Shown here: piece by piece, positions 13,401 to 25,213 of the stretch | Numbering within the stretch: position 1 is the first letter of the stretch | Layout of the letters: the number at the start of each line of letters is the position of its first letter | Notes under the pieces: generated by a model | The model's database searches: none | The model's input: only the letters and a program-made list of their open reading frames with translations | Told to the model about the DNA's origin: nothing | Translations under genes and position numbers: made by a program | Assembly (NCBI GenBank): GCA_001643675.2 | Contig: LSRY02000066.1 | Location: 248,001-312,000 of the forward strand | Source: Monocercomonoides exilis PA203 | Lineage: Eukaryota > Protista > Preaxostyla | Reading direction: 5' to 3' | DNA: 64,000 nucleotides

Positions 13401-14120
13401 TCTTCCACTTCCCCCTCTTCCTTGCCCCAACAGACCCCAGTCTCCCTTGCACTTACCGAGTTCCTTTCCAAAGCGCAGAGTCAGAATATTGCTAATTCTG
13501 CTGCTCTGCAATCCAAAGCCCCTTCTGCCCAGCCGTCTGCTCAGAACACCCCACAAATCAGACAGTCCATCCTCGAAAAGCTGACTGCCCAGCTGCTCTC
13601 TTCAGGAAGCCCAGCTGCCTCTTCGGCTGCTTCAAACCCAGCTGCAGCAGCTTCTTTGGTACGCAGTCAGGTTTCTGCATCTTCCCTTTCTCCTTCGCCT
13701 TCCCTTTCTCCTCCGTCTTCGTCGTCTTCGTCGTCTTCTTCGTTGGGCACTCCCTCTGGCGTTTCGTCGTCTGACCCATCCTCCTATTACTACGGCAGCT
13801 CCTACAGATCTGCTGTTCCTAGTGGAGGATACACTGAGAGAGAGATGGGCAGAGACAGACGAGACGACAGAAGAGATGACAGAAGAGACGATAGAAGAGA
13901 TGACAGGCGCAACTCTCCTTCTTCCCACCGCTCTGCTTATTCCCCTCAGTCATCTTCTTCGTCATCGTCTTCATCATCCTATTATTCCCCATCTGCTTAT
14001 CCTGTTCCTTCTGAGCCTTATGTCCCAGCATATTCTTCTTCCTCCTCTTCCTCTTCCTCTTCCTCTTCCTCCTCTTCTTATAGAAATCGCTCTGGCGATT
14101 CTTATCGCTCCAGAAGATAG
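10453..14120 (+). CDS. Two-RRM RNA-binding protein with long RS-, Q- and S-rich low-complexity tail; 3 exons (about 10453-10663, 10726-11104, 11228-14120)
   Basis: RNP2-like LFVGHI and LFITGF, RNP1-like YCFIQM and YCHVEY; phase-compatible GT-AG introns; SRSRSRS tracts and RRDD repeats. Confidence 0.8.
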
Positions 14121-15349
14121 CAATCACTATTTGTGTGTTCTTTGCCTCTTTTGCTGTGTTCGCTGCTTGTTCTGTGTCTATATTGTCTGATTGCATCTAT
14201 CTTGCTTTTGAGATTTGCGTTGAACAACAATTTTATTTTTATTTTTATTTATCTTTTCTTAGCAGCTGCCGAATAAGAGATGAAGACAGAAGAAGAATTT
14301 GAAGAAGGGAAAGATTTGAAAGATGAAAAGAGGCAAAGAAAAGGAAAAGGAAAGAAGTGAGAGAAAGCTTTTCTTTGGTGATATGCTGAAAGAAGAAGTG
14401 ACGTTTTAGAGATGACGAGAATTGCAATTGTGCTGACGCGAAATCTTCGGAACTCCGAAGCACCTTTTTTTTATTTGCGTCTTTAGAATTTTATGTTGTC
14501 ATGCGACTCAACTGGAAAAGCAACAGAACTGATGACAAATGCGTATTTATTTCTTGAATGTGATTTGTTGTCAAAGTCTGTTTGCTATGCTTAGTGTAAT
14601 GAAGCCAAATTTTATTTTTTTGGCTTTTTCCTAATTTCTGCATTGGGAGCGCAAATTCCTGGCATCTTTTAGATTATTCTTCTTTTTTTTGAATCACATT
14701 ATTGAATGATGCTCTCCATCTTTATTTGATCCTTTGAAATTGATTTTTCACCCCCTTGTATTTATTAAGTTTGTTGCAATCCAAACTTATTTTATTCAGT
14801 CATCTCTTCACCCAACATTCTTATTCCTTTTCTCTTCGCATCGCAACACAGCATTACAAAATACTCTCTTATTCTCTTTTGGAAGTCCTGTATTCCATTG
14901 AATCTCTCTGTCTCTTCTATTCTAACGGATTTTCAAAGGATGGAACTTCTTTTAAACTTAATTTCAGTTTATTAAAGTATTCTTCTCTGTAATTCCCCAA
15001 AATAGTAGTTTTTAATATTCTTGAATTGAAACTTCAAAAATCAGAAAAAAACATATTCTTTTAATAAAAGAATATAAAAAAAAAAAAAGAAAGGAAAGTT
15101 GTTTTCACCGCAATTCAAAGTTATGAATGAAACGCTTTTAGTTTAATTTGTAAATCACATCAGTTATGCTTAATGTTAAATAATAATTTTTTTTGCTTAT
15201 TGATGTATTAATTCTTTTTTAATCAAAATAAGTTCAGAAACGTTTTTACAGAAATATTGTGATACAAAAAAATTTTTTTATTAACATATTTAATACATTC
15301 TTTCGAAAATATTAGAAATCTGATATCCAAAAATAATTCTGACCCATAC

Positions 15350-15772
15350 ATGAATAGTAATCTTACAGAAGAAGAACAAAAGGAGCTTCGCCGTCAGCAG
15401 CATATTGCAAGAATAAAGCGAATAAAAGAAGGATCGACAGCTCGTCTTAGCTACATTGGAACAAGGGAAGATGTTAATCTTGATGATCTTATAAAGCAAC
15501 AAAAGAAAGAAGATGAACTTCCAAAAAAACAACTTAAATTCCCTCTAAAGCCACCAAAATTTTCATGGAGAAAATACGCTCTTATGTTACTTGCGTTTGC
15601 GTATTGTTCAATGAATCTTTTTAGATTTGCTAAAAAGCACGAGATAATTGTACCAAATCTGCTAAGAATTCATTGCATTCTATTCTTCTCACTTCTTTCA
15701 TTCATTCTTTTTGTTAACCCAGTCACTTCATATCGCTCTCAAAAGGCTTGCCAATTTATTAATTATTTTTAA
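15350..15772 (+). CDS. Get2/CAML-like small membrane protein (tail-anchored protein insertion receptor); possible extra 3' exon to 15865
   Basis: N-terminus LTEEEQKELRRQQHIARIKRIKEGSTARLSYIG resembles the Get2 Get3-binding motif ([32 protein letters not shown]); two C-terminal hydrophobic helices. Confidence 0.55.
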   Translation: MNSNLTEEEQKELRRQQHIARIKRIKEGSTARLSYIGTREDVNLDDLIKQQKKEDELPKKQLKFPLKPPKFSWRKYALMLLAFAYCSMNLFRFAKKHEIIVPNLLRIHCILFFSLLSFILFVNPVTSYRSQKACQFINYF

Positions 15773-15956
15773 AATTGAACATATCATATTTTCCTTGTTT
15801 TGAAATTATTTATTTAGAGAAGTTATAGAGAAGCCAAACTTCGCTGGGAAAGATCCTCCAAATAAGAGCGGCATTTCACTATTGTTTTTTTCATTGGTTG
15901 TAAGAGTTAATAAAAGTGGAAAAAAAAAAATTCATATGAAATGTTTTTAGGAATAT

Positions 15957-17009
15957 TTATTCGTCTGGCTTCTTTGGAAGTTCAGCTCGATCAACAGAAA
16001 AGAAGTCAAAAAGCTCATCAGCTGCTTTTTTAAAATTATCAAAAGAGATGGCGTACAAAAGCCCGCGAAGTTCTACGCCTTCACCAGCTTTTAGAAACGG
16101 ATCATCTTCAATTGGAAATATGAAGGAATCAATTTTATATTTTAAAAATATTTCATCTTCTGGATGGAAGAAAATTGATGTTTCTTCATTAAAATCATTC
16201 TTTGCTTTCCTAATTTTCTTTCTTTTTTTCTTTCCATCTTTTTCTTTTCTAGATTTGCCTTTTCCAGCACGGGGATCTCCTTCTTCATCTTCACTATCTC
16301 CAAATTCTGGCATATCTGTAATAAGGCGTCCAATTCTTGAGCAGACCAAAATTGTATCCAAGCGCATCTGTGGTTTTTCAAGATATGAAGGAGATTTTTT
16401 GTTCTTTTCTGACGTTGACCTCGCAATTTCGCTTATCAATGAACGGTAAAGATGAGGAGTTAGTTCTTGAGGTATGTTAACAAGTCTTTCATATAAAAAC
16501 AGCCCCGTTCGACATCCTTGTTTTATTATATCTTTCCAAGTTGATTCATTTGTTGATTGACTTGAAGAACTTGTCTGTAAATCCAATTTATCCGAAGCCC
16601 CAGATTTGTATTTTGATATAAGCTGGCTAAAGAAATCTAAGCAGTCAGCAACCCCGTTATGTTTCCTGTGAAAATCAAGATCAATACAAGAAATAATCCC
16701 AACAACATCTTCTCCTTCGTTTGTACTCACAACGCTTCCAATTCCAAGCCCTTCTTTTCCTTGCGCTATTAATAGATCTGCCATGTCCATTCTGTGGAAA
16801 GGATGGACATCAATAAACCGTTTTAATAATCCTGCAATATCATGGATATCCTCTGGAACTGGATGGAACACATCAATATCAACATCTATAATGTCTTCCA
16901 AATCTTTTTCTGTTTTTTCATTTTCATCGGGATCTTTTTCCAGCTTCTGTCTTTTTTCAATTTTTTTGTTGGTTTTCATTTTCAACTTATAATGGCATCG
17001 ATTTTTCAT
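15957..17009 (-). CDS. BCCIP: BCCIP/Bcp1 family protein (ribosome biogenesis factor)
   Basis: IDVDIDVFHPVPEDIHDIAGLLKRF, GLFLYERLVNIPQELTPHLYRSL and FFHPEDEIF match BCCIP conserved blocks. Confidence 0.85.
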   Translation of the reverse strand: MKNRCHYKLKMKTNKKIEKRQKLEKDPDENEKTEKDLEDIIDVDIDVFHPVPEDIHDIAGLLKRFIDVHPFHRMDMADLLIAQGKEGLGIGSVVSTNEGEDVVGIISCIDLDFHRKHNGVADCLDFFSQLISKYKSGASDKLDLQTSSSSQSTNESTWKDIIKQGCRTGLFLYERLVNIPQELTPHLYRSLISEIARSTSEKNKKSPSYLEKPQMRLDTILVCSRIGRLITDMPEFGDSEDEEGDPRAGKGKSRKEKDGKKKRKKIRKAKNDFNEETSIFFHPEDEIFLKYKIDSFIFPIEDDPFLKAGEGVELRGLLYAISFDNFKKAADELFDFFSVDRAELPKKPDE

Positions 17010-17133
17010 TTACTATAAAAACTCAATAAAAATATCTTCTTCATTTCAGAAAACATTGATGGAATATTTTAACGAATGAAATTGAATGATCACTAAATAA
17101 GGTAGATGAAATACACAAATTACCAATAGCGAA

Positions 17134-17838
17134 ATGGTGAAGAATCAAGTTAAGCAAGAAGTACAAGTTTTTGGTCGCAAGGTTTTTATTTATAATAAAT
17201 TAGTATTATTTGAAATTGAATAAATTTATTTTGTGTATCCATTTTTTTGCAATTCTTAAATACGAAATTTTTCCTTTTGCTTTTCGTGCTTATTAATGCA
17301 AACATTTCTCAAACAATATGTGAATTTTGCATCTCATTATAAATTAAATTTATTTATTGAACAAATACATAGAAAACAGCTGTGGCCGTTGCACGCATCA
17401 CAAAAGGAAGAGGATTTGTGAAGCTTAATGGATGCCCAATTGAGTTGGTCGAGCCACAAATTCTTCGTTACAAAGTTTTCGAACCATTGCTCCTTGTTGG
17501 CCGCAAGAAGTTCTGCAGAATCAACATCCGCTTGCGCTGCAATGGAGGAGGATATGTTTCACAAGTTTATGCCATTCGTCAGGCAATTGCAAAGGGACTT
17601 GTTGCATACTATCAAAAGTGTATGTTCTTTAATTAACTATTTTTGAATTTTAATTATAAAATATTTTTTTGAATTAACAAACAAAAATTTAGATGTCGAT
17701 GAAGTTAATAAAAAGCAAATCAAGGATACATTCTTGAAATATGATCGTTCACTTCTTGTTGCTGATTCACGTCGCTGCGAAGCTAAACAATACGGTGGAA
17801 AAGGTGCACGTTCAAAGAGAGCAAAGTCTTATAGATAA
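17134..17838 (+). CDS. RPS16: 40S ribosomal protein S16 (uS9); 3 exons (17134-17181, 17373-17619, 17693-17838)
   Basis: VQVFGRK|[32 protein letters not shown]|[36 protein letters not shown]; GT-AG introns. Confidence 0.97.
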
Positions 17839-18216
17839 ACAAATGCTCGGCTTGAGTTGCAGAAGAATTTTGTTATTACAATTTATTTTGCAATTTACTC
17901 AAGAATGGAAAGTCAATGGTGCTTGATTTTTTTTTTTTAAATACAAACAAAAATTACCTTTTTTTTTTTGGTTTATCAAATTGAGTAATAATTCTTAAAC
18001 TCTGAGATAGAATTTCAAATACAATTGTGAGAAATCAATTGTGATAGCATTACGTTAACAGAAAATAATCAGATTTTATTATTATGTAATCAAAAATATA
18101 CACTGGATTCAACAACTCAATGTAGAAAAATTTTTATTTGGAAGTTTATGTTTCAGAAATTAAAAAATTGAGGGACTTTTATTATTTCGATCACATTTCA
18201 AAATCATTTTTGTCGT

Positions 18217-21200
18217 ATGCAATCAGGTATAAGAACACCTGAGACAAAAAAAAATAATGACAATGCACTTGTAATGGCTCCTTCAAAGGCATCACCTCAT
18301 GCAACTTATGAACCCACATCATTGGGCGGATCTCCATTATTTGGTGGAGTTCCGGGACCAGATGCATTATCTCAAAAAATGGGATTTGAAGATGCTTCAA
18401 CAAAACTTATAACAGCACTTGGAACAACGGTTACTTGCATAATAGAAAGTTCTTCTAGTGATTCAAACGGAATTGTTACTGAATCTGCTGCTTCAACTGC
18501 AGCTCCAAAAGCAGAAGCTCATGGAATCACTAAGCTTGTTGCATTATTGAAATCTACAGATTGGAAAGAAAAATCTTGTTCGATAACTGGTTTGTTTGAA
18601 GCAATGAATAATTTTCTCAAGACTTCATCGAAATCATCAATACGTCCAGACGAAGCATGTGATGCATTGTACAGAATATGCATTCATATGGACGTTCATA
18701 AAGCTAAGCATAAGCGCGTTATAACTGATTTTTTGAATAGTTCAGCGAAGTTGTGTCAAACTTCAATTGAACTTTCACTTTCTCAGCATAAACTTATTCA
18801 AGCTTTATCTCTTGAAGTTATTGGAGCAATTCTTGCATTTGCTATTGATCAAACATCTCAAGCTGCAACTGAGCAACCAGCAAAGCAATTTTTAACGTTG
18901 TGCTGCACAATTTATTCTCCTTCCACCATATGCCCAAGGATTCTCGAGATTATTTCAACAACAAGAAACCAATCTGCAGTCGGTGCAGTTCTCCAATGGC
19001 TTCAGAAGAGCATCATTCAGCAATTTGGTCCAGGAGTGATTGATCTGCCTTCTTTTCAGAGATTTGTTTTCCCGTTTTTCGATGATCGCCAAGCAACTGT
19101 GAAAGGAGCAGCATTTGGCTGTGCAGGATTGCTCTTGCGAGGATTAGGCGATCAATTTCAAAGCATCTTGGACTCCAGCGAGAAAGTGACAGCTGACCAC
19201 AAATCTTCAATCCAAAAGAAAGCTGATGATGTCAAGACACTTGTGCTGGGAGAGCCAACATTGTTTCCACTTTCAATTCAGCTGGGAAACCCTGCTGCAG
19301 CTGCATCGTCTTCCTCGGCTGTTGCATCAAGTGCTCCAAATGCTTCTTCTTCTTCTTCTTCATCTTCTTCATCATCAAGATTCGGTGGAGTCAGCAGCGA
19401 TGTCGTTGTTTCTGCCAAGCCAAAGGCATCTCAATCAACAAGATTTTCGTCAAATCCTCTATCGTCATCGTCATCTTCTTCTGCTTTTTCATCATCATCA
19501 TCATCTTCTTCTTCTTCAATGTCTTCGATGTCTTCTGGAATGCGTGGTGGAATGGCAGGCAGCGGAATAAGACAGACGCAGAACTCGTTCTCATCGCAGC
19601 CATTTTCAGGTGGAATGAACTATGGAGCATCCAACATGAGCAGCAGTGGAATGGCAGGGCAGCAGGGATACGGGAACTATGGGGGATTTGGCTATGGTGG
19701 GATGGGAGGAGGAGGAGGAGGAGGAGGAGGAGGAATGGATATGTATTTTGGGGGGATGATGATGGGAGAGGGAGACATTTCTCAGATGCTGATGGCGAAC
19801 TCAATGATTGTTGAGGACGAGACAACTCCTCATCCTGTTCAGACACTCGAAGAACTTGTGCAGACAGACTGGAAGGGCAGCGGGATGCTGGCAGATCTCT
19901 CTCAGCTGCTGGCCATTCCGACGTCGCAGCTGCTGTCTTCCTTCAACTTCCTCACAGAGCAAACTTTTTATTCCTCTTCCTCGTCTTCGCAGCGTCCAGC
20001 ACTCCATCACACACCCCTTTCGGTGATTGAGTCGAATGCGGTGGAAGATGCTGCCACCATTCTGAATGCTGCTCACCAGTTTATCGACCCTTCTTCTCTG
20101 AAGTCGTTTGCACAGTGTCTGAATCGCATGTTCCTCCACCCCAACCGCACGTTGACTGCTGCATGTGTCAGACTCACCGAAACGATGGTGCGAACAGCTG
20201 GAAAGGGAGTGGAGATTTATATGAACGATTTTGTGCCTCAGTTGTTTGGATTTCTGGGTTGTGAGGACGATGAAGACAACGAAGCAGAAGATGACAGCGA
20301 TGATGAGGATGATGATGATAATCAATCGAATTCGTCTGCATTTGGAGGAGAAGGAGGAACAGAAAGAAGCCGAAGAAGAAGAAACAGTGCTTCGCTTTCA
20401 AAACAAAATGAAGAGAAAATTGCGAAGAATGCTCAGCAGCTGAAAGTGGAGCAGCAGCAGTTTGCGCTCTACCAGCAGCAGCTCTTTTACTATCAGATGC
20501 AACTCTCTCTTCTTCCGCCTGACCAACTCCACACGATCCGTCCGCCTGTTCCGCCGCATCTTCCTCTGCTCACATCCACTCTGCAGTCTGCACAAAGTGG
20601 CCAGCCATTCAATCCTTTGGATCCTTCCTCTTCTATCTTGTCACCATCAACCTCTTCTTCTTCCTCTTCCTCCTCTTCCTCCTCCTCTTCTTCTTCCATC
20701 GACTCGCTTTCTCTCTCTGCCTGTGCCTCAACAGCACTCGATGCCTGGTGCGATGTTGTTGGTCTTCTTCCTCTGCTGCCATTTGTCCCTCTGCATCTGA
20801 GCAGCACCCTCAGCAGACACCGCTCAGCTGTCCTCAACTGGCTCGTCCCGCAGCTCGCCCAGTGGACACAGCAAGTGCTGCCTCTCCCTGCCACTACGCC
20901 AGAAGAGAAGGAGAAGTTCAAGCAGTTTCTGTCAGATGCGATGAGCGGGGTGATCTGGAAGTACAGTGCAGGAGGGAGGCATTGGAAGCAGCTGTGCCGA
21001 CTGATGCTGATTGAGATCATCAGAGAAGTGGGAATAGATGCTGTCGTGCTGGAGGCGAGCCAGCTGCCTCAGAAGGACATGGAAGAGATCACAAATGCTG
21101 TGCAGTTTGCGAAGCTGGCAGCGCAGTCTGGACAACCTTTGATCACTTTCCTCGCTGGGCTGGAGATGGAAAGAGGAAGCAACAAAAGAAAGAAGACAAG

Positions 21201-22959
21201 AAAAAGCGGAGGAAGCGAATTGCCATTGAGAATGTATGCATCTGCATCCACAACTGCAGACCAACAAAATGGAAGTGCATTTTTTCAAACTCCCTTTTCT
21301 GCAGCACAAACAGCGCCATCTTTTTCCACTTCTCCTTCTTTTCCGCCTTCATCTCTGCCATCAACAGCTCAACTCAACCTGCTTTCACCTTCACTCACTT
21401 CATCATCCACTTATTCGTTTCATCCTCCATTTCCCTCTCAAATCAATCCACTTCAGCCAAATCTCTCAAACATCACTTCAAACATCACGTCAAACATTTC
21501 ATCAAACACACTTCCCATTTCGAGCACTTCAAATTCTGTGCCATCTGGCAGTCTTCCACTCAACCACACAACTTTTGCACTTCGCCCAGAACTCTTTTCG
21601 AAGCCTCCGTCGCTCACATCATCATCCACATTCACCATCACAACACCCGGATACACTCCAAACATATCATCATCATCATCATCATCTCCTTCTTCTTCCT
21701 CTTCTCCAAATGCCTCTCCTTCATTCACACCTGATCAATGGCTGTCAATCGCATATACAATTTTCGGACAGCCATCTTCGCTTTCTTCTTCTTCTTCTTC
21801 TTCCATTGCACCTGTTTTGTCACAATCTTCTTCTCTCTCTTCTGATCCTTCTGCTGCTCTGAAGTTTTACCACATTTTTGCCCAGCAATATCCTTCTTCC
21901 GCCCTCCTCACCCCTCTCTGCAGCATCCTGCCTTACTTCGTCCTTCTCTTCACAGAACATTTTCAGTCTCAGTTTTCTCTTCTCTTCTCTTTCCTCCCCT
22001 CGCTTGCTTCTCCTTCTCCCAGCCAATCCCTCCAGCAACTCCACAATTTGGTGCTTCTCATCCAAAATGCCTTGTCTTTTCTGTCTTTTCTCTTCAGCAC
22101 AGAAACCACTGCCAACGAAATACCCTTCGATTTCCTATCAAAATTGGTCGAGACGCTCATCATAGCCAGGTTGGAGCCTTCTCTTTCGAAAGTGAACGAG
22201 ACAATGAAGAAGCTGTATGAAGAGGTTGAGTCAAAATCGAATGAAATATTTGAAAAAGCCGACCGGACAGACATTTTGAGGATTCTCATTCGGCTTCTGG
22301 GGAAAGATGGTCTGCCTGGCACAGTCGAAGGGAAAGAAGAGGGAAGACAAAATTTGGCAGACGCTTCTTCGCAGAAGGAGGATGTCAGATGGGAAGATGA
22401 CACATTTGCCAACCGCAAAACACGTCTTGTCACCCAGCTGCTCCGCCACTTTGCGCTTTCTCTCTCTTCTTCTTCTGTCACACAGCATTTGTGCTGTGAC
22501 GAGCTCATTCCAGACATCGACCTCTTTCTGCATGCATCTCATGAGGCTATTGTTTATGCTTCTCAAATGAACAGCTCTTCTTCTTCTTCCCCTTCTTCAT
22601 TTTCTCTTTCTCCTTCATCGATTTTCCGAATACGTTTGATTAAAACCATTTTGTGTGCCATCATCCTCCTCTCGCCAGACAAAGGGCAGTCTGTTCTTCT
22701 CTCTCTGCGCCGCTCTCCAATCAGCCCGCCGTTCGTTCTGTCGATTGTCCGCTCAATCATCCACGCACAGCACGGGATGGATGCCTTGGCAAGGGCAGAC
22801 AAGACAGCCAGAGAGATATGCGGGTGGGCAGACGCTGTTGACAAGAGCAATGCGCTTATTTCTGAAAAGAATGAAGCACTCAAATCAGGAAATGCATCGA
22901 GCTTTGGAGATCCTTCCTTCTTTACAACTTCAGATGTGATACAATTAGCTTCAGATTAG
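18217..22959 (+). CDS. XMAP215/ch-TOG (CKAP5)-like HEAT/TOG protein, divergent, with S/G-rich insertions
   Basis: RNQSAVGAVLQWLQKSIIQQFG...DDRQATVKGAA resembles a ch-TOG TOG3 segment. IFEKADRTDILRILIRLL, DELIPDIDLFL and IRLIKTIL resemble the ch-TOG C-terminal region. Single 1580-aa ORF. Confidence 0.65.
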   Translation: MQSGIRTPETKKNNDNALVMAPSKASPHATYEPTSLGGSPLFGGVPGPDALSQKMGFEDASTKLITALGTTVTCIIESSSSDSNGIVTESAASTAAPKAEAHGITKLVALLKSTDWKEKSCSITGLFEAMNNFLKTSSKSSIRPDEACDALYRICIHMDVHKAKHKRVITDFLNSSAKLCQTSIELSLSQHKLIQALSLEVIGAILAFAIDQTSQAATEQPAKQFLTLCCTIYSPSTICPRILEIISTTRNQSAVGAVLQWLQKSIIQQFGPGVIDLPSFQRFVFPFFDDRQATVKGAAFGCAGLLLRGLGDQFQSILDSSEKVTADHKSSIQKKADDVKTLVLGEPTLFPLSIQLGNPAAAASSSSAVASSAPNASSSSSSSSSSSRFGGVSSDVVVSAKPKASQSTRFSSNPLSSSSSSSAFSSSSSSSSSSMSSMSSGMRGGMAGSGIRQTQNSFSSQPFSGGMNYGASNMSSSGMAGQQGYGNYGGFGYGGMGGGGGGGGGGMDMYFGGMMMGEGDISQMLMANSMIVEDETTPHPVQTLEELVQTDWKGSGMLADLSQLLAIPTSQLLSSFNFLTEQTFYSSSSSSQRPALHHTPLSVIESNAVEDAATILNAAHQFIDPSSLKSFAQCLNRMFLHPNRTLTAACVRLTETMVRTAGKGVEIYMNDFVPQLFGFLGCEDDEDNEAEDDSDDEDDDDNQSNSSAFGGEGGTERSRRRRNSASLSKQNEEKIAKNAQQLKVEQQQFALYQQQLFYYQMQLSLLPPDQLHTIRPPVPPHLPLLTSTLQSAQSGQPFNPLDPSSSILSPSTSSSSSSSSSSSSSSSIDSLSLSACASTALDAWCDVVGLLPLLPFVPLHLSSTLSRHRSAVLNWLVPQLAQWTQQVLPLPATTPEEKEKFKQFLSDAMSGVIWKYSAGGRHWKQLCRLMLIEIIREVGIDAVVLEASQLPQKDMEEITNAVQFAKLAAQSGQPLITFLAGLEMERGSNKRKKTRKSGGSELPLRMYASASTTADQQNGSAFFQTPFSAAQTAPSFSTSPSFPPSSLPSTAQLNLLSPSLTSSSTYSFHPPFPSQINPLQPNLSNITSNITSNISSNTLPISSTSNSVPSGSLPLNHTTFALRPELFSKPPSLTSSSTFTITTPGYTPNISSSSSSSPSSSSSPNASPSFTPDQWLSIAYTIFGQPSSLSSSSSSSIAPVLSQSSSLSSDPSAALKFYHIFAQQYPSSALLTPLCSILPYFVLLFTEHFQSQFSLLFSFLPSLASPSPSQSLQQLHNLVLLIQNALSFLSFLFSTETTANEIPFDFLSKLVETLIIARLEPSLSKVNETMKKLYEEVESKSNEIFEKADRTDILRILIRLLGKDGLPGTVEGKEEGRQNLADASSQKEDVRWEDDTFANRKTRLVTQLLRHFALSLSSSSVTQHLCCDELIPDIDLFLHASHEAIVYASQMNSSSSSSPSSFSLSPSSIFRIRLIKTILCAIILLSPDKGQSVLLSLRRSPISPPFVLSIVRSIIHAQHGMDALARADKTAREICGWADAVDKSNALISEKNEALKSGNASSFGDPSFFTTSDVIQLASD

Positions 22960-23287
22960 TTTTCGCAACTGTTAGCATTTTTGATTTTTTTATTCTTTTA
23001 ATGAATAATCCCTTCGAAGTTACTCTGTTTTGTTTTGTAATCTTCATTTTTTATCGGGCTATTAGTTTTTAATATATTTGTTGTGATTGTTGAGTTTTAA
23101 ATATTAAAAATTTGATTTTTTTTTTAAAAGTTGGACAAAAAACAGTGCTAAAAAATTCCAAAAAATGACATATCAAATATCAAGTTTTCGTACTGTTTTA
23201 TAAATAAAAAATGCACTTCATTATCGAAAAAAACCGTTTCATTATCTTGATCGGAAATCTTATAAGTTTTATTTCGGAAAGGTTTCA

Positions 23288-25213
23288 ATGAACGAATCTC
23301 CCGATGAATCATCCCCCCAAAGGAAAAGCGGGAAAAGGAGACGTAAAAATAACATTTCATTAGAAACAGCAACCTTAGAAGATATCACTTCAAATTTTGC
23401 CAATGTCATTCTTACTCCACGCACTGAACGTGTATTTCAAAAAGAAGGAATAACTCTAAACGATTTACGACCATTTGATGATGCAGAAATTACAAAAAAA
23501 GATCTCTCTTTATCTACAAATACAATTGATTTTAAACGTAAAAGAAGGGAGGCAAAACAAGAAGGTTTAAATTTTTATTTGTGAATAATCTTTTTTTTTC
23601 AATTTCATTTAAAAATTCAACTTGGATTGCCTTTGCTTAGAACTGTTTAATATGTTAAAGGAATCGTATGCTTCTGAAAGCAAGCGAAATGAATCTATTG
23701 AAGCATTGGAAAAAGCAAAAAGTCAAGCTGAAAGAATGATATCTCAAGTATGCAAAATGATATAGTTGTATTTTTATCCTAATACGATTAAATATATTAA
23801 TCTTTCTAGGAAGAAGAAAGAGTTCGGGAACTTCGACTTAAAAAGAAAAGAGAAATTGAACTACAAGTTGAAAATGAAAAGAAGCGAGAAGATGAAAACC
23901 AACGTAAAATACGAATGATGGAAGAAAAAGAACAAATGAGAAAACAACAATTAAGCAAACATGCAATGGAGTTGCAAAGGAAAATGCAAGAAGCAAAAGA
24001 ACGTGCTGAAGAAAAAAAGAAACAAGTCATGGAACAGCAAGCAAAGCATCTTGAAGAAAAAGAACGAACTCTAAAGCAAAGAGAACGTGAATTGGAAGAA
24101 AGGCAACGACAGCTTGAAGAAGAGAGAAGAGAGAAAGAGAGGCTCAAAAGGCAGCAAGAACAAGAAAGAGCAAGACAAAGAGAAGAAATTGTTATGAAAA
24201 TGAAGAGAGAGACAGAAAAAACGAGAGCAGAATTGATTGCCAGGCAAGAAGAAGATGAAAGAAGACGAAAAGAGCTTGCAATGCAGCGCCAACGCGAGAT
24301 GTTGGAGAAGCAAGAGATAGAAAAAGAGCAGAAGCTGGAGAAACAAGAGTATCTCGAACGGATGAAGCGAAAGGAAGAGTTTAGGAAACAGGAGACAAAG
24401 AGACGGATTGAGGAAGAAGAGAAGATGCGAAAAGAGATTGTGCAAAGGAAAGAAGTGCTATTGCAGATGCGGCGAGATGCAGAGATTCAGGAAGAAAGAG
24501 AGAAGAAGGCGCTGAAAGAGGCGATGATACAGTACCAGAAGACGGGAGTGTGGAAGCCGCCCAAATGGCTGGCTGAGATGAGCGAAACAGGAACAAGCTC
24601 CTCTTCTGCTTCGCGTGCTGGTCGGTCGCGCTCTTCGCTCGGTGTGCATTCTCATTCGCCAGCCGGCGGAGAGAAAAGGACTCGCTCGCGGCTGTCGTCG
24701 CAAACACCTACTCCCTCACACACACGCTCATCCACTTCATCTGCTTCTCCGGCTGATGCTTCTTCTCCTTCCTCCTCTTCTCTTCCCTCTGACATGTCTC
24801 TTCCTCCGCTGGATGGCGTTCGAAAGTCGCCAAAACCTGCTTCTCTTTCGCCGACTTCACCCAAAAAGCGCAAACAGCCAACAACTTTTCCGAAAGAAGG
24901 CAAAGACTCTTTGCAATCTCCATCCGAAAAGGTGCAAAGGTCGAAAGCGCTAAGCGCAGAAAATGCTCCATCAACTGCATTTTATTCATATGTTCCTTCT
25001 CCATCATCGCCTCCAAGCACCGTTCTGACGCCTGTCAGATACCACGGTGCACCTTTTGATAAGCCAGAAGCACAAAAGCCAGCAAATGACTCTCCTTCAT
25101 CGTCAAATTCGCTTCCTGATTCTTCGTTTTTGACTTGCTCGCCTCAAAATGATGCTCCCGTTCCCACGACAAACTCGGAACATTCTTTGGAAGGAGAACA
25201 AGAAGATGTTTAA
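23288..25213 (+). CDS. Hypothetical E/K/R-rich coiled-coil protein with S/P-rich tail; 3 exons
   Basis: ORFs 23288 and 23915 joined via GT-AG introns (about 23565-23640 and 23748-23809); long charged helix. Confidence 0.7.

Noticed and set aside
11260-14196. Antisense and alternate-frame ORFs in the RRM gene (likewise in 19-23 kb, 24-25 kb, 55-58 kb and 61-62 kb)
   Set aside because: Stop-poor by-products of TCN/GAA low-complexity repeats
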